From Auanema rhodensis (taxonomy: Eukaryota > Animalia > Nematoda), in contig OZ059894.1 in NCBI GenBank assembly GCA_964057225.1, positions 19,406,001 through 19,470,000 on the forward strand: a stretch of DNA of 64,000 bases. Direction: 5' to 3'. Below are positions 26,645 through 40,671 of the stretch, in pieces. The position numbers were made by a program, and so were the translations under genes. The stretch's first letter is position 1. Each line of letters begins with the position of its first letter. The notes under the pieces were generated by a model that was not told the origin of the DNA, ran no database searches, and worked only from the letters and a program-made list of their open reading frames with translations.

Positions 26645-29600
26645 TTATATCAGTTGATATCTCGGTGCATTTTTAAGCTAGCGCAAATCTGATAACACAG
26701 ATCGACGCAGCTTAAAAATCCGCATCGAATGCACTATACTACATTGAGAAACGCTTAATACAAAAATTAGTTATGATCGTTTGAAAAATGATGCATTAGT
26801 GTATGTTGAGTTTCCATGTACACTCAACATTGCTTCCAAAAACATTTTGACAAAAATTTTTTCGAAAAATTTCAGAATAATTTAGCAAAAAGTAGATGTT
26901 TTTAGATTCCATTTTTCAAGGCAAAGACGATGGACAATGTTATTCAACGAAAAAATTAATTCTTCAGGGTGAAAATCGAGGATATAAGTGTGAACTTATA
27001 TCAGTTGATATCTCGGTGCATTTTTAAGCTAGCGCAAATCTGATAACACAGATCGACGCAGCTTAAAAATCCGCATCGAATGCACTATACTCATTGAAAA
27101 ACGCTTAATACAAAAATTAGTTATGATCGTTCGAAAAATGATGCATTAGTGTATGTTGAGTTTCCATGTACACTCAACATTGCTTCCAAAAACATTTTGA
27201 CAAAAATTTTTTCGAAAAATTTCAAAATAATTTAGCAAAAAGTAGATGTTTTTAGATTCCATTTTTTAAGGCAAAGACGATGGACAATGTTATTCAACGA
27301 AAAAATTAATTCTTCAGGGTGAAAATCGAGGATATAAGTGTGAACTTATATCAGTTGATATCTCGGTGCATTTTTAAGCTAGCGCAAATCTGATAACACA
27401 GATCGACGCAGCTTAAAAATCCGCATCGAATGCACTATACTACATTGAGAAACGCTTAATACAAAAATTAGTTATGATCGTTTGAAAAATGATGCATTAG
27501 TGTATGTTGAGTTTCCATGTACACTCAACATTGCTTCCAAAAACATTTTGACAAAAATTTTTTCGAAAAATTTCAGAATAATTTAGCAAAAAGTAGATGT
27601 TTTTAGATTCCATTTTTCAAGGCAAAGACGATGGACAATGTTATTCAACGAAAAAATTAATTCTTCAGGGTGAAAATCGAGGATATAAGTGTGAACTTAT
27701 ATCAGTTGATATCTCGGTGCATTTTTAAGCTAGCGCAAATCTGATAACACAGATCGACGCAGCTTAAAAATCCGCATCGAATGCACTATACTCATTGAAA
27801 AACGCTTAATACAAAAATTAGTTATGATCGTTCGAAAAATGATGCATTAGTGTATGTTGAGTTTCCATGTACACTCAACATTGCTTCCAAAAACATTTTG
27901 ACAAAAATTTTTTCGAAAAATTTCAAAATAATTTAGCAAAAAGTAGATGTTTTTAGATTCCATTTTTTAAGGCAAAGACGATGGACAATGTTATTCAACG
28001 AAAAAATTAATTCTTCAGGGTGAAAATCGAGGATATAAGTGTGAACTTATATCAGTTGATATCTCGGTGCATTTTTAAGCTAGCGCAAATCTGATAACAC
28101 AGATCGACGCAGCTTAAAAATCCGCATCGAATGCACTATACTACATTGAGAAACGCTTAATACAAAAATTAGTTATGATCGTTTGAAAAATGATGCATTA
28201 GTGTATGTTGAGTTTCCATGTACACTCAACATTGCTTCCAAAAACATTTTGACAAAAATTTTTTCGAAAAATTTCAGAATAATTTAGCAAAAAGTAGATG
28301 TTTTTAGATTCCATTTTTCAAGGCAAAGACGATGGACAATGTTATTCAACGAAAAAATTAATTCTTCAGGGGGAAATCGAGGATATAAGTGTGAACTTAT
28401 ATCAGTTGATATCTCGGTGCATTTTTAAGCTAGCGCAAATCTGATAACACAGATCGACGCAGCTTAAAAATCCGCATCGAATACACTATACTCATTGAAA
28501 AACGCTTAATACAAAAATTAGTTATGATCGTTCGAAAAATGATGCATTAGTGTATGTTGAGTTTCCATGTACACTCAACATTGCTTCCAAAAACATTTTG
28601 ACAAAAATTTTTTCGAAAAATTTCAAAATAATTTAGCAAAAAGTAGATGTTTTTAGATTCCATTTTTTAAGGCAAAGACGATGGACAATGTTATTCAACG
28701 AAAAAATTAATTCTTCAGGGTGAAAATCGAGGATATAAGTGTGAACTTATATCAGTTGATATCTCGGTGCATTTTTAAGCTAGCGCAAATCTGATAACAC
28801 AGATCGACGCAGCTTAAAAATCCGCATCGAATGCACTATACTACATTGAGAAACGCTTAATACAAAAATTAGTTATGATCGTTTGAAAAATGATGCATTA
28901 GTGTATGTTGAGTTTCCATGTACACTCAACATTGCTTCCAAAAACATTTTGACAAAAATTTTTTCGAAAAATTTCAGAATAATTTAGCAAAAAGTAGATG
29001 TTTTTAGATTCCATTTTTCAAGGCAAAGACGATGGACAATGTTATTCAACGAAAAAATTAATTCTTCAGGGTGAAAATCGAGGATATAAGTGTGAACTTA
29101 TATCAGTTGATATCTCGGTGCATTTTTAAGCTAGCGCAAATCTGATAACACAGATCGACGCAGCTTAAAAATCCGCATCGAATGCACTATACTCATTGAA
29201 AAACGCTTAATACAAAAATTAGTTATGATCGTTCGAAAAATGATGCATTAGTGTATGTTGAGTTTCCATGTACACTCAACATTGCTTCCAAAAACATTTT
29301 GACAAAAATTTTTTCGAAAAATTTCAAAATAATTTAGCAAAAAGTAGATGTTTTTAGATTCCATTTTTTAAGGCAAAGACGATGGACAATGTTATTCAAC
29401 GAAAAAATTAATTCTTCAGGGTGAAAATCGAGGATATAAGTGTGAACTTATATCAGTTGATATCTCGGTGCATTTTTAAGCTAGCGCAAATCTGATAACA
29501 CAGATCGACGCAGCTTAAAAATCCGCATCGAATGCACTATACTACATTGAGAAACGCTTAATACAAAAATTAGTTATGATCGTTTGAAAAATGATGCATT

Positions 29601-31198
29601 AGTGTATGTTGAGTTTCCATGTACACTCAACATTGCTTCCAAAAACATTTTGACAAAAATTTTTTCGAAAAATTTCAGAATAATTTAGCAAAAAGTAGAT
29701 GTTTTTAGATTCCATTTTTCAAGGCAAAGACGATGGACAATGTTATTCAACGAAAAAATTAATTCTTCAGGGGGAAATCGAGGATATAAGTGTGAACTTA
29801 TATCAGTTGATATCTCGGTGCATTTTTAAGCTAGCGCAAATCTGATAACACAGATCGACGCAGCTTAAAAATCCGCATCGAATGCACTATACTACATTGA
29901 GAAACGCTTAATACAAAAATTAGTTATGATCGTTTGAAAAATGATGCATTAGTGTATGTTGAGTTTCCATGTACACTCAACATTGCTTCCAAAAACATTT
30001 TGACAAAAATTTTTTCGAAAAATTTCAGAATAATTTAGCAAAAAGTAGATGTTTTTAGATTCCATTTTTCAAGGCAAAGACGATGGACAATGTTATTCAA
30101 CGAAAAAATTAATTCTTCAGGGTGAAAATCGAGGATATAAGTGTGAACTTATATCAGTTGATATCTCGGTGCATTTTTAAGCTAGCGCAAATCTGATAAC
30201 ACAGATCGACGCAGCTTAAAAATCCGCATCGAATGCACTATACTCATTGAAAAACGCTTAATACAAAAATTAGTTATGATCGTTCGAAAAATGATGCATT
30301 AGTGTATGTTGAGTTTCCATGTACACTCAACATTGCTTCCAAAAACATTTTGACAAAAATTTTTTCGAAAAATTTCAAAATAATTTAGCAAAAAGTAGAT
30401 GTTTTTAGATTCCATTTTTTAAGGCAAAGACGATGGACAATGTTATTCAACGAAAAAATTAATTCTTCAGGGTGAAAATCGAGGATATAAGTGTGAACTT
30501 ATATCAGTTGATATCTCGGTGCATTTTTAAGCTAGCGCAAATCTGATAACACAGATCGACGCAGCTTAAAAATCCGCATCGAATGCACTATACTACATTG
30601 AGAAACGCTTAATACAAAAATTAGTTATGATCGTTTGAAAAATGATGCATTAGTGTATGTTGAGTTTCCATGTACACTCAACATTGCTTCCAAAAACATT
30701 TTGACAAAAATTTTTTCGAAAAATTTCAGAATAATTTAGCAAAAAGTAGATGTTTTTAGATTCCATTTTTCAAGGCAAAGACGATGGACAATGTTATTCA
30801 ACGAAAAAATTAATTCTTCAGGGGGAAATCGAGGATATAAGTGTGAACTTATATCAGTTGATATCTCGGTGCATTTTTAAGCTAGCGCAAATCTGATAAC
30901 ACAGATCGACGCAGCTTAAAAATCCGCATCGAATGCACTATACTCATTGAAAAACGCTTAATACAAAAATTAGTTATGATCGTTCGAAAAATGATGCATT
31001 AGTGTATGTTGAGTTTCCATGTACACTCAACATTGCTTCCAAAAACATTTTGACAAAAATTTTTTCGAAAAATTTCAAAATAATTTAGCAAAAAGTAGAT
31101 GTTTTTAGATTCCATTTTTTAAGGCAAAGACGATGGACAATGTTATTCAACGAAAAAATTAATTCTTCAGGGTGAAAATCGAGGATATAAGTGTGAAC
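26645..31198. repeat. Local 2-mer HOR (Y-X, ~701 bp) with interspersed 'ggggaaat' marked copies
   Basis: Y and X alternate at 26645/26996, 27346/27697, 28047/28397, 28747/29098, 29798/30149 and 30499/30849, with one unpaired Y at 29448. The cagggggaaatcg variant is in monomers 28047, 29448 and 30499. Confidence 0.85.
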
Positions 31199-34100
31199 TT
31201 ATATCAGTTGATATCTCGGTGCATTTTTAAGCTAGCGCAAATCTGATAACACAGATCGACGCAGCTTAAAAATCCGCATCGAATGCACTATACTACATTG
31301 AAAAACGCTTAATACAAAAATTAGTTATGATCGTTCGAAAAATGATGCATTAGTGTATGTTGAGTTTCCATGTACACTCAACATTGCTTCCAAAAACATT
31401 TTGACAAAAATTTTTTCGAAAAATTTCAGAATAATTTAGCAAAAAGTAGATGTTTTTAGATTCCTTTTTTCAAGGCAAAGACGATGGTCAATGTTATTCA
31501 ACGAAAAAATCAATTCTTCAGGGTGAAAATCGAGGATATAAGTGTGAACTTATATCAGTTGATATCTCGGTGCATTTTTAAGCTAGCGCAAATCTGATAA
31601 CACAGATCGACGCAGCTTAAAAATCCGCATCGAATGCACTATACTACATTGAAAAACGCTTAATACAAAAATTAGTTATGATCGTTCGAAAAATGATGCA
31701 TTAGTGTATGTTGAGTTTCCATGTACACTCAACATTGCTTCCAAAAACATTTTGACAAAAATTTTTTCGAAAAATTTCAGAATAATTTAGCAAAAAGTAG
31801 ATGTTTTTAGATTCCTTTTTTCAAGGCAAAGACGATGGTCAATGTTATTCAACGAAAAAATTAATTCTTCAGGGTGAAAATCGAGGATATAAGTGTGAAC
31901 TTATATCAGTTGATATCTCGGTGCATTTTTAAGCTAGCGCAAATCTGATAACACAGATCGACGCAGCTTAAAAATCCGCATCGAATGCACTATACTACAT
32001 TGAGAAACGCTTAATACAAAAATTAGTTATGATCGTTCGAAAAATGATGCATTAGTGTATGTTGAGTTTCCATGTACACTCAACATTGCTTCCAAAAACA
32101 TTTTGACAAAAATTTTTTCGAAAAATTTCAAAATAATTTAGCAAAAAGTAGATGTTTTTAGATTCCATTTTTTAAGGCAAAGACGATGGACAATGTTATT
32201 CAACGAAAAAATTAATTCTTCAGGGTGAAAATCGAGGATATAAGTGTGAACTTATATCAGTTGATATCTCGGTGCATTTTTAAGCTAGCGCAAATCTGAT
32301 AACACAGATCGACGCAGCTTAAAAATCCGCATCGAATGCACTATACTACATTGAGAAACGCTTGATACAAAAATTAGTTATGATCGTTTGAAAAATGATG
32401 CATTAGTGTATGTTGAGTTTCCATGTACACTCAACATTGCTTCCAAAAACATTTTGACAAAAATTTTTTCGAAAAATTTCAGAATAATTTAGCAAAAAGT
32501 AGATGTTTTTAGATTCCATTTTTCAAGGCAAAGACGATGGACAATGTTATTCAACGAAAAAATTAATTCTTCAGGGTGAAAATCGAGGATATAAGTGTGA
32601 ACTTATATCAGTTGATATCTCGGTGCATTTTTAAGCTAGCGCAAATCTGATAACACAGATCGACGCAGCTTAAAAATCCGCATCGAATGCACTATACTAC
32701 ATTGAGAAACGCTTAATACAAAAATTAGTTATGATCGTTTGAAAAATGATGCATTAGTGTATGTTGAGTTTCCATGTACACTCAACATTGCTTCCAAAAA
32801 CATTTTGACAAAAATTTTTTCGAAAAATTTCAGAATAATTTAGCAAAAAGTAGATGTTTTTAGATTCCATTTTTCAAGGCAAAGACGATGGACAATGTTA
32901 TTCAACGAAAAAATTAATTCTTCAGGGTGAAAATCGAGGATATAAGTGTGAACTTATATCAGTTGATATCTCGGTGCATTTTTAAGCTAGCGCAAATCTG
33001 ATAACACAGATCGACGCAGCTTAAAAATCCGCATCGAATGCACTATACTACATTGAAAAACGCTTAATACAAAAATTAGTTATGATCGTTCGAAAAATGA
33101 TGCATTAGTGTATGTTGAGTTTCCATGTACACTCAACATTGCTTCCAAAAACATTTTGACAAAAATTTTTTCGAAAAATTTCAGAATAATTTAGCAAAAA
33201 GTAGATGTTTTTAGATTCCTTTTTTCAAGGCAAAGACGATGGTCAATGTTATTCAACGAAAAAATCAATTCTTCAGGGTGAAAATCGAGGATATAAGTGT
33301 GAACTTATATCAGTTGATATCTCGGTGCATTTTTAAGCTAGCGCAAATCTGATAACACAGATCGACGCAGCTTAAAAATCCGCATCGAATGCACTATACT
33401 ACATTGAAAAACGCTTAATACAAAAATTAGTTATGATCGTTCGAAAAATGATGCATTAGTGTATGTTGAGTTTCCATGTACACTCAACATTGCTTCCAAA
33501 AACATTTTGACAAAAATTTTTTCGAAAAATTTCAGAATAATTTAGCAAAAAGTAGATGTTTTTAGATTCCTTTTTTCAAGGCAAAGACGATGGTCAATGT
33601 TATTCAACGAAAAAATTAATTCTTCAGGGTGAAAATCGAGGATATAAGTGTGAACTTATATCAGTTGATATCTCGGTGCATTTTTAAGCTAGCGCAAATC
33701 TGATAACACAGATCGACGCAGCTTAAAAATCCGCATCGAATGCACTATACTACATTGAAAAACGCTTAATACAAAAATTAGTTATGATCGTTCGAAAAAT
33801 GATGCATTAGTGTATGTTGAGTTTCCATGTACACTCAACATTGCTTCCAAAAACATTTTGACAAAAATTTTTTCGAAAAATTTCAGAATAATTTAGCAAA
33901 AAGTAGATGTTTTTAGATTCCTTTTTTCAAGGCAAAGACGATGGTCAATGTTATTCAACGAAAAAATCAATTCTTCAGGGTGAAAATCGAGGATATAAGT
34001 GTGAACTTATATCAGTTGATATCTCGGTGCATTTTTAAGCTAGCGCAAATCTGATAACACAGATCGACGCAGCTTAAAAATCCGCATCGAATGCACTATA

Positions 34101-36112
34101 CTACATTGAAAAACGCTTAATACAAAAATTAGTTATGATCGTTCGAAAAATGATGCATTAGTGTATGTTGAGTTTCCATGTACACTCAACATTGCTTCCA
34201 AAAACATTTTGACAAAAATTTTTTCGAAAAATTTCAGAATAATTTAGCAAAAAGTAGATGTTTTTAGATTCCTTTTTTCAAGGCAAAGACGATGGTCAAT
34301 GTTATTCAACGAAAAAATTAATTCTTCAGGGTGAAAATCGAGGATATAAGTGTGAACTTATATCAGTTGATATCTCGGTGCATTTTTAAGCTAGCGCAAA
34401 TCTGATAACACAGATCGACGCAGCTTAAAAATCCGCATCGAATGCACTATACTACATTGAGAAACGCTTAATACAAAAATTAGTTATGATCGTTCGAAAA
34501 ATGATGCATTAGTGTATGTTGAGTTTCCATGTACACTCAACATTGCTTCCAAAAACATTTTGACAAAAATTTTTTCGAAAAATTTCAAAATAATTTAGCA
34601 AAAAGTAGATGTTTTTAGATTCCATTTTTTAAGGCAAAGACGATGGACAATGTTATTCAACGAAAAAATTAATTCTTCAGGGTGAAAATCGAGGATATAA
34701 GTGTGAACTTATATCAGTTGATATCTCGGTGCATTTTTAAGCTAGCGCAAATCTGATAACACAGATCGACGCAGCTTAAAAATCCGCATCGAATGCACTA
34801 TACTACATTGAGAAACGCTTAATACAAAAATTAGTTATGATCGTTTGAAAAATGATGCATTAGTGTATGTTGAGTTTCCATGTACACTCAACATTGCTTC
34901 CAAAAACATTTTGACAAAAATTTTTTCGAAAAATTTCAGAATAATTTAGCAAAAAGTAGATGTTTTTAGATTCCATTTTTCAAGGCAAAGACGATGGACA
35001 ATGTTATTCAACGAAAAAATTAATTCTTCAGGGTGAAAATCGAGGATATAAGTGTGAACTTATATCAGTTGATATCTCGGTGCATTTTTAAGCTAGCGCA
35101 AATCTGATAACACAGATCGACGCAGCTTAAAAATCCGCATCGAATGCACTATACTACATTGAGAAACGCTTAATACAAAAATTAGTTATGATCGTTTGAA
35201 AAATGATGCATTAGTGTATGTTGAGTTTCCATGTACACTCAACATTGCTTCCAAAAACATTTTGACAAAAATTTTTTCGAAAAATTTCAGAATAATTTAG
35301 CAAAAAGTAGATGTTTTTAGATTCCATTTTTCAAGGCAAAGACGATGGACAATGTTATTCAACGAAAAAATTAATTCTTCAGGGTGAAAATCGAGGATAT
35401 AAGTGTGAACTTATATCAGTTGATATCTCGGTGCATTTTTAAGCTAGCGCAAATCTGATAACACAGATCGACGCAGCTTAAAAATCCGCATCGAATGCAC
35501 TATACTACATTGAAAAACGCTTAATACAAAAATTAGTTATGATCGTTCGAAAAATGATGCATTAGTGTATGTTGAGTTTCCATGTACACTCAACATTGCT
35601 TCCAAAAACATTTTGACAAAAATTTTTTCGAAAAATTTCAGAATAATTTAGCAAAAAGTAGATGTTTTTAGATTCCTTTTTTCAAGGCAAAGACGATGGT
35701 CAATGTTATTCAACGAAAAAATCAATTCTTCAGGGTGAAAATCGAGGATATAAGTGTGAACTTATATCAGTTGATATCTCGGTGCATTTTTAAGCTAGCG
35801 CAAATCTGATAACACAGATCGACGCAGCTTAAAAATCCGCATCGAATGCACTATACTACATTGAAAAACGCTTAATACAAAAATTAGTTATGATCGTTCG
35901 AAAAATGATGCATTAGTGTATGTTGAGTTTCCATGTACACTCAACATTGCTTCCAAAAACATTTTGACAAAAATTTTTTCGAAAAATTTCAGAATAATTT
36001 AGCAAAAAGTAGATGTTTTTAGATTCCTTTTTTCAAGGCAAAGACGATGGTCAATGTTATTCAACGAAAAAATTAATTCTTCAGGGTGAAAATCGAGGAT
36101 ATAAGTGTGAAC
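31199..36112. repeat. 7-mer HOR (2457 bp) in two tandem copies
   Basis: The haplotype order Z,Z',W,Y,Y,Z,Z' at 31199-33655 is repeated at 33656-36112. All monomers are 351 bp. One difference seen (cttgata near 32364). Confidence 0.85.
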
Positions 36113-39100
36113 TTATATCAGTTGATATCTCGGTGCATTTTTAAGCTAGCGCAAATCTGATAACACAGATCGACGCAGCTTAAAAATCCGCATCGAATGC
36201 ACTATACTACATTGAAAAACGCTTAATACAAAAATTAGTTATGATCGTTCGAAAAATGATGCATTAGTGTATGTTGAGTTTCCATGTACACTCAACATTG
36301 CTTCCAAAAACATTTTGACAAAAATTTTTTCGAAAAATTTCAGAATAATTTAGCAAAAAGTAGATGTTTTTAGATTCCTTTTTTCAAGGCAAAGACGATG
36401 GTCAATGTTATTCAACGAAAAAATCAATTCTTCAGGGTGAAAATCGAGGATATAAGTGTGAACTTATATCAGTTGATATCTCGGTGCATTTTTAAGCTAG
36501 CGCAAATCTGATAACACAGATCGACGCAGCTTAAAAATCCGCATCGAATGCACTATACTACATTGAGAAACGCTTAATACAAAAATTAGTTATGATCGTT
36601 TGAAAAATGATGCATTAGTGTATGTTGAGTTTCCATGTACACTCAACATTGCTTCCAAAAACATTTTGACAAAAATTTTTTCGAAAAATTTCAGAATAAT
36701 TTAGCAAAAAGTAGATGTTTTTAGATTCCATTTTTCAAGGCAAAGACGATGGACAATGTTATTCAACGAAAAAATTAATTCTTCAGGGGGAAATCGAGGA
36801 TATAAGTGTGAACTTATATCAGTTGATATCTCGGTGCATTTTTAAGCTAGCGCAAATCTGATAACACAGATCGACGCAGCTTAAAAATCCGCATCGAATG
36901 CACTATACTCATTGAAAAACGCTTAATACAAAAATTAGTTATGATCGTTCGAAAAATGATGCATTAGTGTATGTTGAGTTTCCATGTACACTCAACATTG
37001 CTTCCAAAAACATTTTGACAAAAATTTTTTCGAAAAATTTCAAAATAATTTAGCAAAAAGTAGATGTTTTTAGATTCCATTTTTTAAGGCAAAGACGATG
37101 GACAATGTTATTCAACGAAAAAATTAATTCTTCAGGGTGAAAATCGAGGATATAAGTGTGAACTTATATCAGTTGATATCTCGGTGCATTTTTAAGCTAG
37201 CGCAAATCTGATAACACAGATCGACGCAGCTTAAAAATCCGCATCGAATGCACTATACTACATTGAAAAACGCTTAATACAAAAATTAGTTATGATCGTT
37301 CGAAAAATGATGCATTAGTGTATGTTGAGTTTCCATGTACACTCAACATTGCTTCCAAAAACATTTTGACAAAAATTTTTTCGAAAAATTTCAGAATAAT
37401 TTAGCAAAAAGTAGATGTTTTTAGATTCCTTTTTTCAAGGCAAAGACGATGGTCAATGTTATTCAACGAAAAAATCAATTCTTCAGGGTGAAAATCGAGG
37501 ATATAAGTGTGAACTTATATCAGTTGATATCTCGGTGCATTTTTAAGCTAGCGCAAATCTGATAACACAGATCGACGCAGCTTAAAAATCCGCATCGAAT
37601 GCACTATACTATATTGAGAAACGCTTAATACAAAAATTAGTTATGATCGTTTGAAAAATGATGCATTAGTGTATGTTGAGTTTCCATGTACACTCAACAT
37701 TGCTTCCAAAAACATTTTGACAAAAATTTTTTCGAAAAATTTCAGAATAATTTAGCAAAAAGTAGATGTTTTTAGATTCCATTTTTCAAGGCAAAGACGA
37801 TGGACAATGATATTCAACGAAAAAATTAATTCTTCAGGGGGAAAATCGAGGATATAAGTGTGAACTTATATCAGTTGATATCTCGGTGCATTTTTAAGCT
37901 AGCGCAAATCTGATAACACAGATCGACGCAGCTTAAAAATCCGCATCGAATGCACTATACTCATTGAAAAACGCTTAATACAAAAATTAGTTATGATCGT
38001 TCGAAAAATGATGCATTAGTGTATGTTGAGTTTCCATGTACACTCAACATTGCTTCCAAAAACATTTTGACAAAAATTTTTTCGAAAAATTTCAAAATAA
38101 TTTAGCAAAAAGTAGATGTTTTTAGATTCCATTTTTTAAGGCAAAGACGATGGACAATGTTATTCAACGAAAAAATTAATTCTTCAGGGTGAAAATCGAG
38201 GATATAAGTGTGAACTTATATCAGTTGATATCTCGGTGCATTTTTAAGCTAGCGCAAATCTGATAACACAGATCGACGCAGCTTAAAAATCCGCATCGAA
38301 TGCACTATACTACATTGAGAAACGCTTAATACAAAAATTAGTTATGATCGTTTGAAAAATGATGCATTAGTGTATGTTGAGTTTACATGTACACTCAACA
38401 TTGCTTCCAAAAACATTTTGACAAAAATTTTTTCGAAAAATTTCAGAATAATTTAGCAAAAAGTAGACGTTTTTAGATTCCATTTTTCAAGGCAAAGACG
38501 ATGGACAATGTTATTCAACGAAAAAATTAATTCTTCAGGGTGAAAATCGAGGATATAAGTGTGAACTTATATCAGTTGATATCTCGGTGCATTTTTAAGC
38601 TAGCGCAAATCTGATAACACAGATCGACGCAGCTTAAAAATCCGCATCGAATGCACTATACTACATTGAAAAACGCTTAATACAAAAATTAGTTATGATC
38701 GTTCGAAAAATGATGCATTAGTGTATGTTGAGTTTCCATGTACACTCAACATTGCTTCCAAAAACATTTTGACAAAAATTTTTTCGAAAAATTTCAAAAT
38801 AATTTAGCAAAAAGTAGATGTTTTTAGATTCCATTTTTCAAGGCAAAGACGATGGACAATGTTATTCAACGAAAAAATTAATTCTTCAGGGTGAAAATCG
38901 AGGATATAAGTGTGAACTTATATCAGTTGATATCTCGGTGCATTTTTAAGCTAGCGCAAATCTGATAACACAGATCGACGCAGCTTAAAAATCCGCATCG
39001 AATGCACTATACTACATTGAAAAACGCTTAATACAAAAATTAGTTATGATCGTTCGAAAAATGATGCATTAGTGTATGTTGAGTTTCCATGTACACTCAA

Positions 39101-40671
39101 CATTGCTTCCAAAAACATTTTGACAAAAATTTTTTCGAAAAATTTCAGAATAATTTAGCAAAAAGTAGATGTTTTTAGATTCCTTCTTTCAAGGCAAAGA
39201 CGATGGTCAATGTTATTCAACGAAAAAATCAATTCTTCAGGGTGAAAATCGAGGATATAAGTGTGAACTTATATCAGTTGATATCTCGGTGCATTTTTAA
39301 GCTAGCGCAAATCTGATAACACAGATCGACGCAGCTTAAAAATCCGCATCGAATGCACTATACTACATTGAGAAACGCTTAATACAAAAAATAGTTATGA
39401 TCGTTTGAAAAATGATGCATTAGTGTATGTTGAGTTTCCATGTACACTCAACATTGCTTCCAAAAACATTTTGACAAAAATTTTTTCGAAAAATTTCAGA
39501 ATAATTTAGCAAAAAGTAGATGTTTTTAGATTCCATTTTTCAAGGCAAAGACGATGGACAATGTTATTCAACGAAAAAATTAATTCTTCAGGGTGAAAAT
39601 CGAGGATATAAGTGTGAACTTATATCAGTTGATATCTCGGTGCATTTTTAAGCTAGCGCAAATCTGATAACACAGATCGACGCAGCTTAAAAAACCGCAT
39701 CGAATGCACTATACTACATTGAGAAACGCTTAATACAAAAATTAGTTATGATCGTTTGAAAAATGATGCATTAGTGTATGTTGAGTTTCCATGTACACTC
39801 AACATTGCTTCCAAAAACATTTTGACAAAAATTTTTTCGAAAAATTTCAGAATAATTTAGCAAAAAGTAGATGTTTTTAGATTCCATTTTTCAAGGCAAA
39901 GACGATGGACAATGTTATTCAACGAAAAAATTAATTCTTCAGGGTGAAAATCGAGGATATAAGTGTGAACTTATATCAGTTGATATCTCGGTGCATTTTT
40001 AAGCTAGCGCAAATCTGATAACACAGATCGACGCAGCTTAAAAATCCGCATCGAATGCACTATACTCATTGAAAAACGCTTAATACAAAAATTAGTTATG
40101 ATCGTTCGAAAAATGATGCATTAGTGTATGTTGAGTTTCCATGTACACTCAACATTACTTCCAAAAACATTTTGACAAAAATTTTTTCGAAAAATTTCAA
40201 AATAATTTAGCAAAAAGTAGATGTTTTTAGATTCCATTTTTTAAGGCAAAGACGATGGACAATGTTATTCAACGAAAAAATTAATTCTTCAGGGTGAAAA
40301 TCGAGGATATAAGTGTGAACTTATATCAGTTGATATCTCGGTGCATTTTTAAGCTAGCGCAAATCTGATAACACAGATCGACGCAGTTTAAAAATCCGCA
40401 TCGAATGCACTATACTACATTGAGAAACGCTTAATACAAAAATTAGTTATGATCGTTTGAAAAATGATGCATTAGTGTATGTTGAGTTTCCATGTACACT
40501 CAACATTGCTTCCAAAAACATTTTGACAAAAATTTTTTCGAAAAATTTCAGAATAATTTAGCAAAAAGTAGATGTTTTTAGATTCCATTTTTCAAGGCAA
40601 AGACGATGGACAATGTTATTCAACGAAAAAATTAATTCTTCAGGGTGAAAATCGAGGATATAAGTGTGAAC

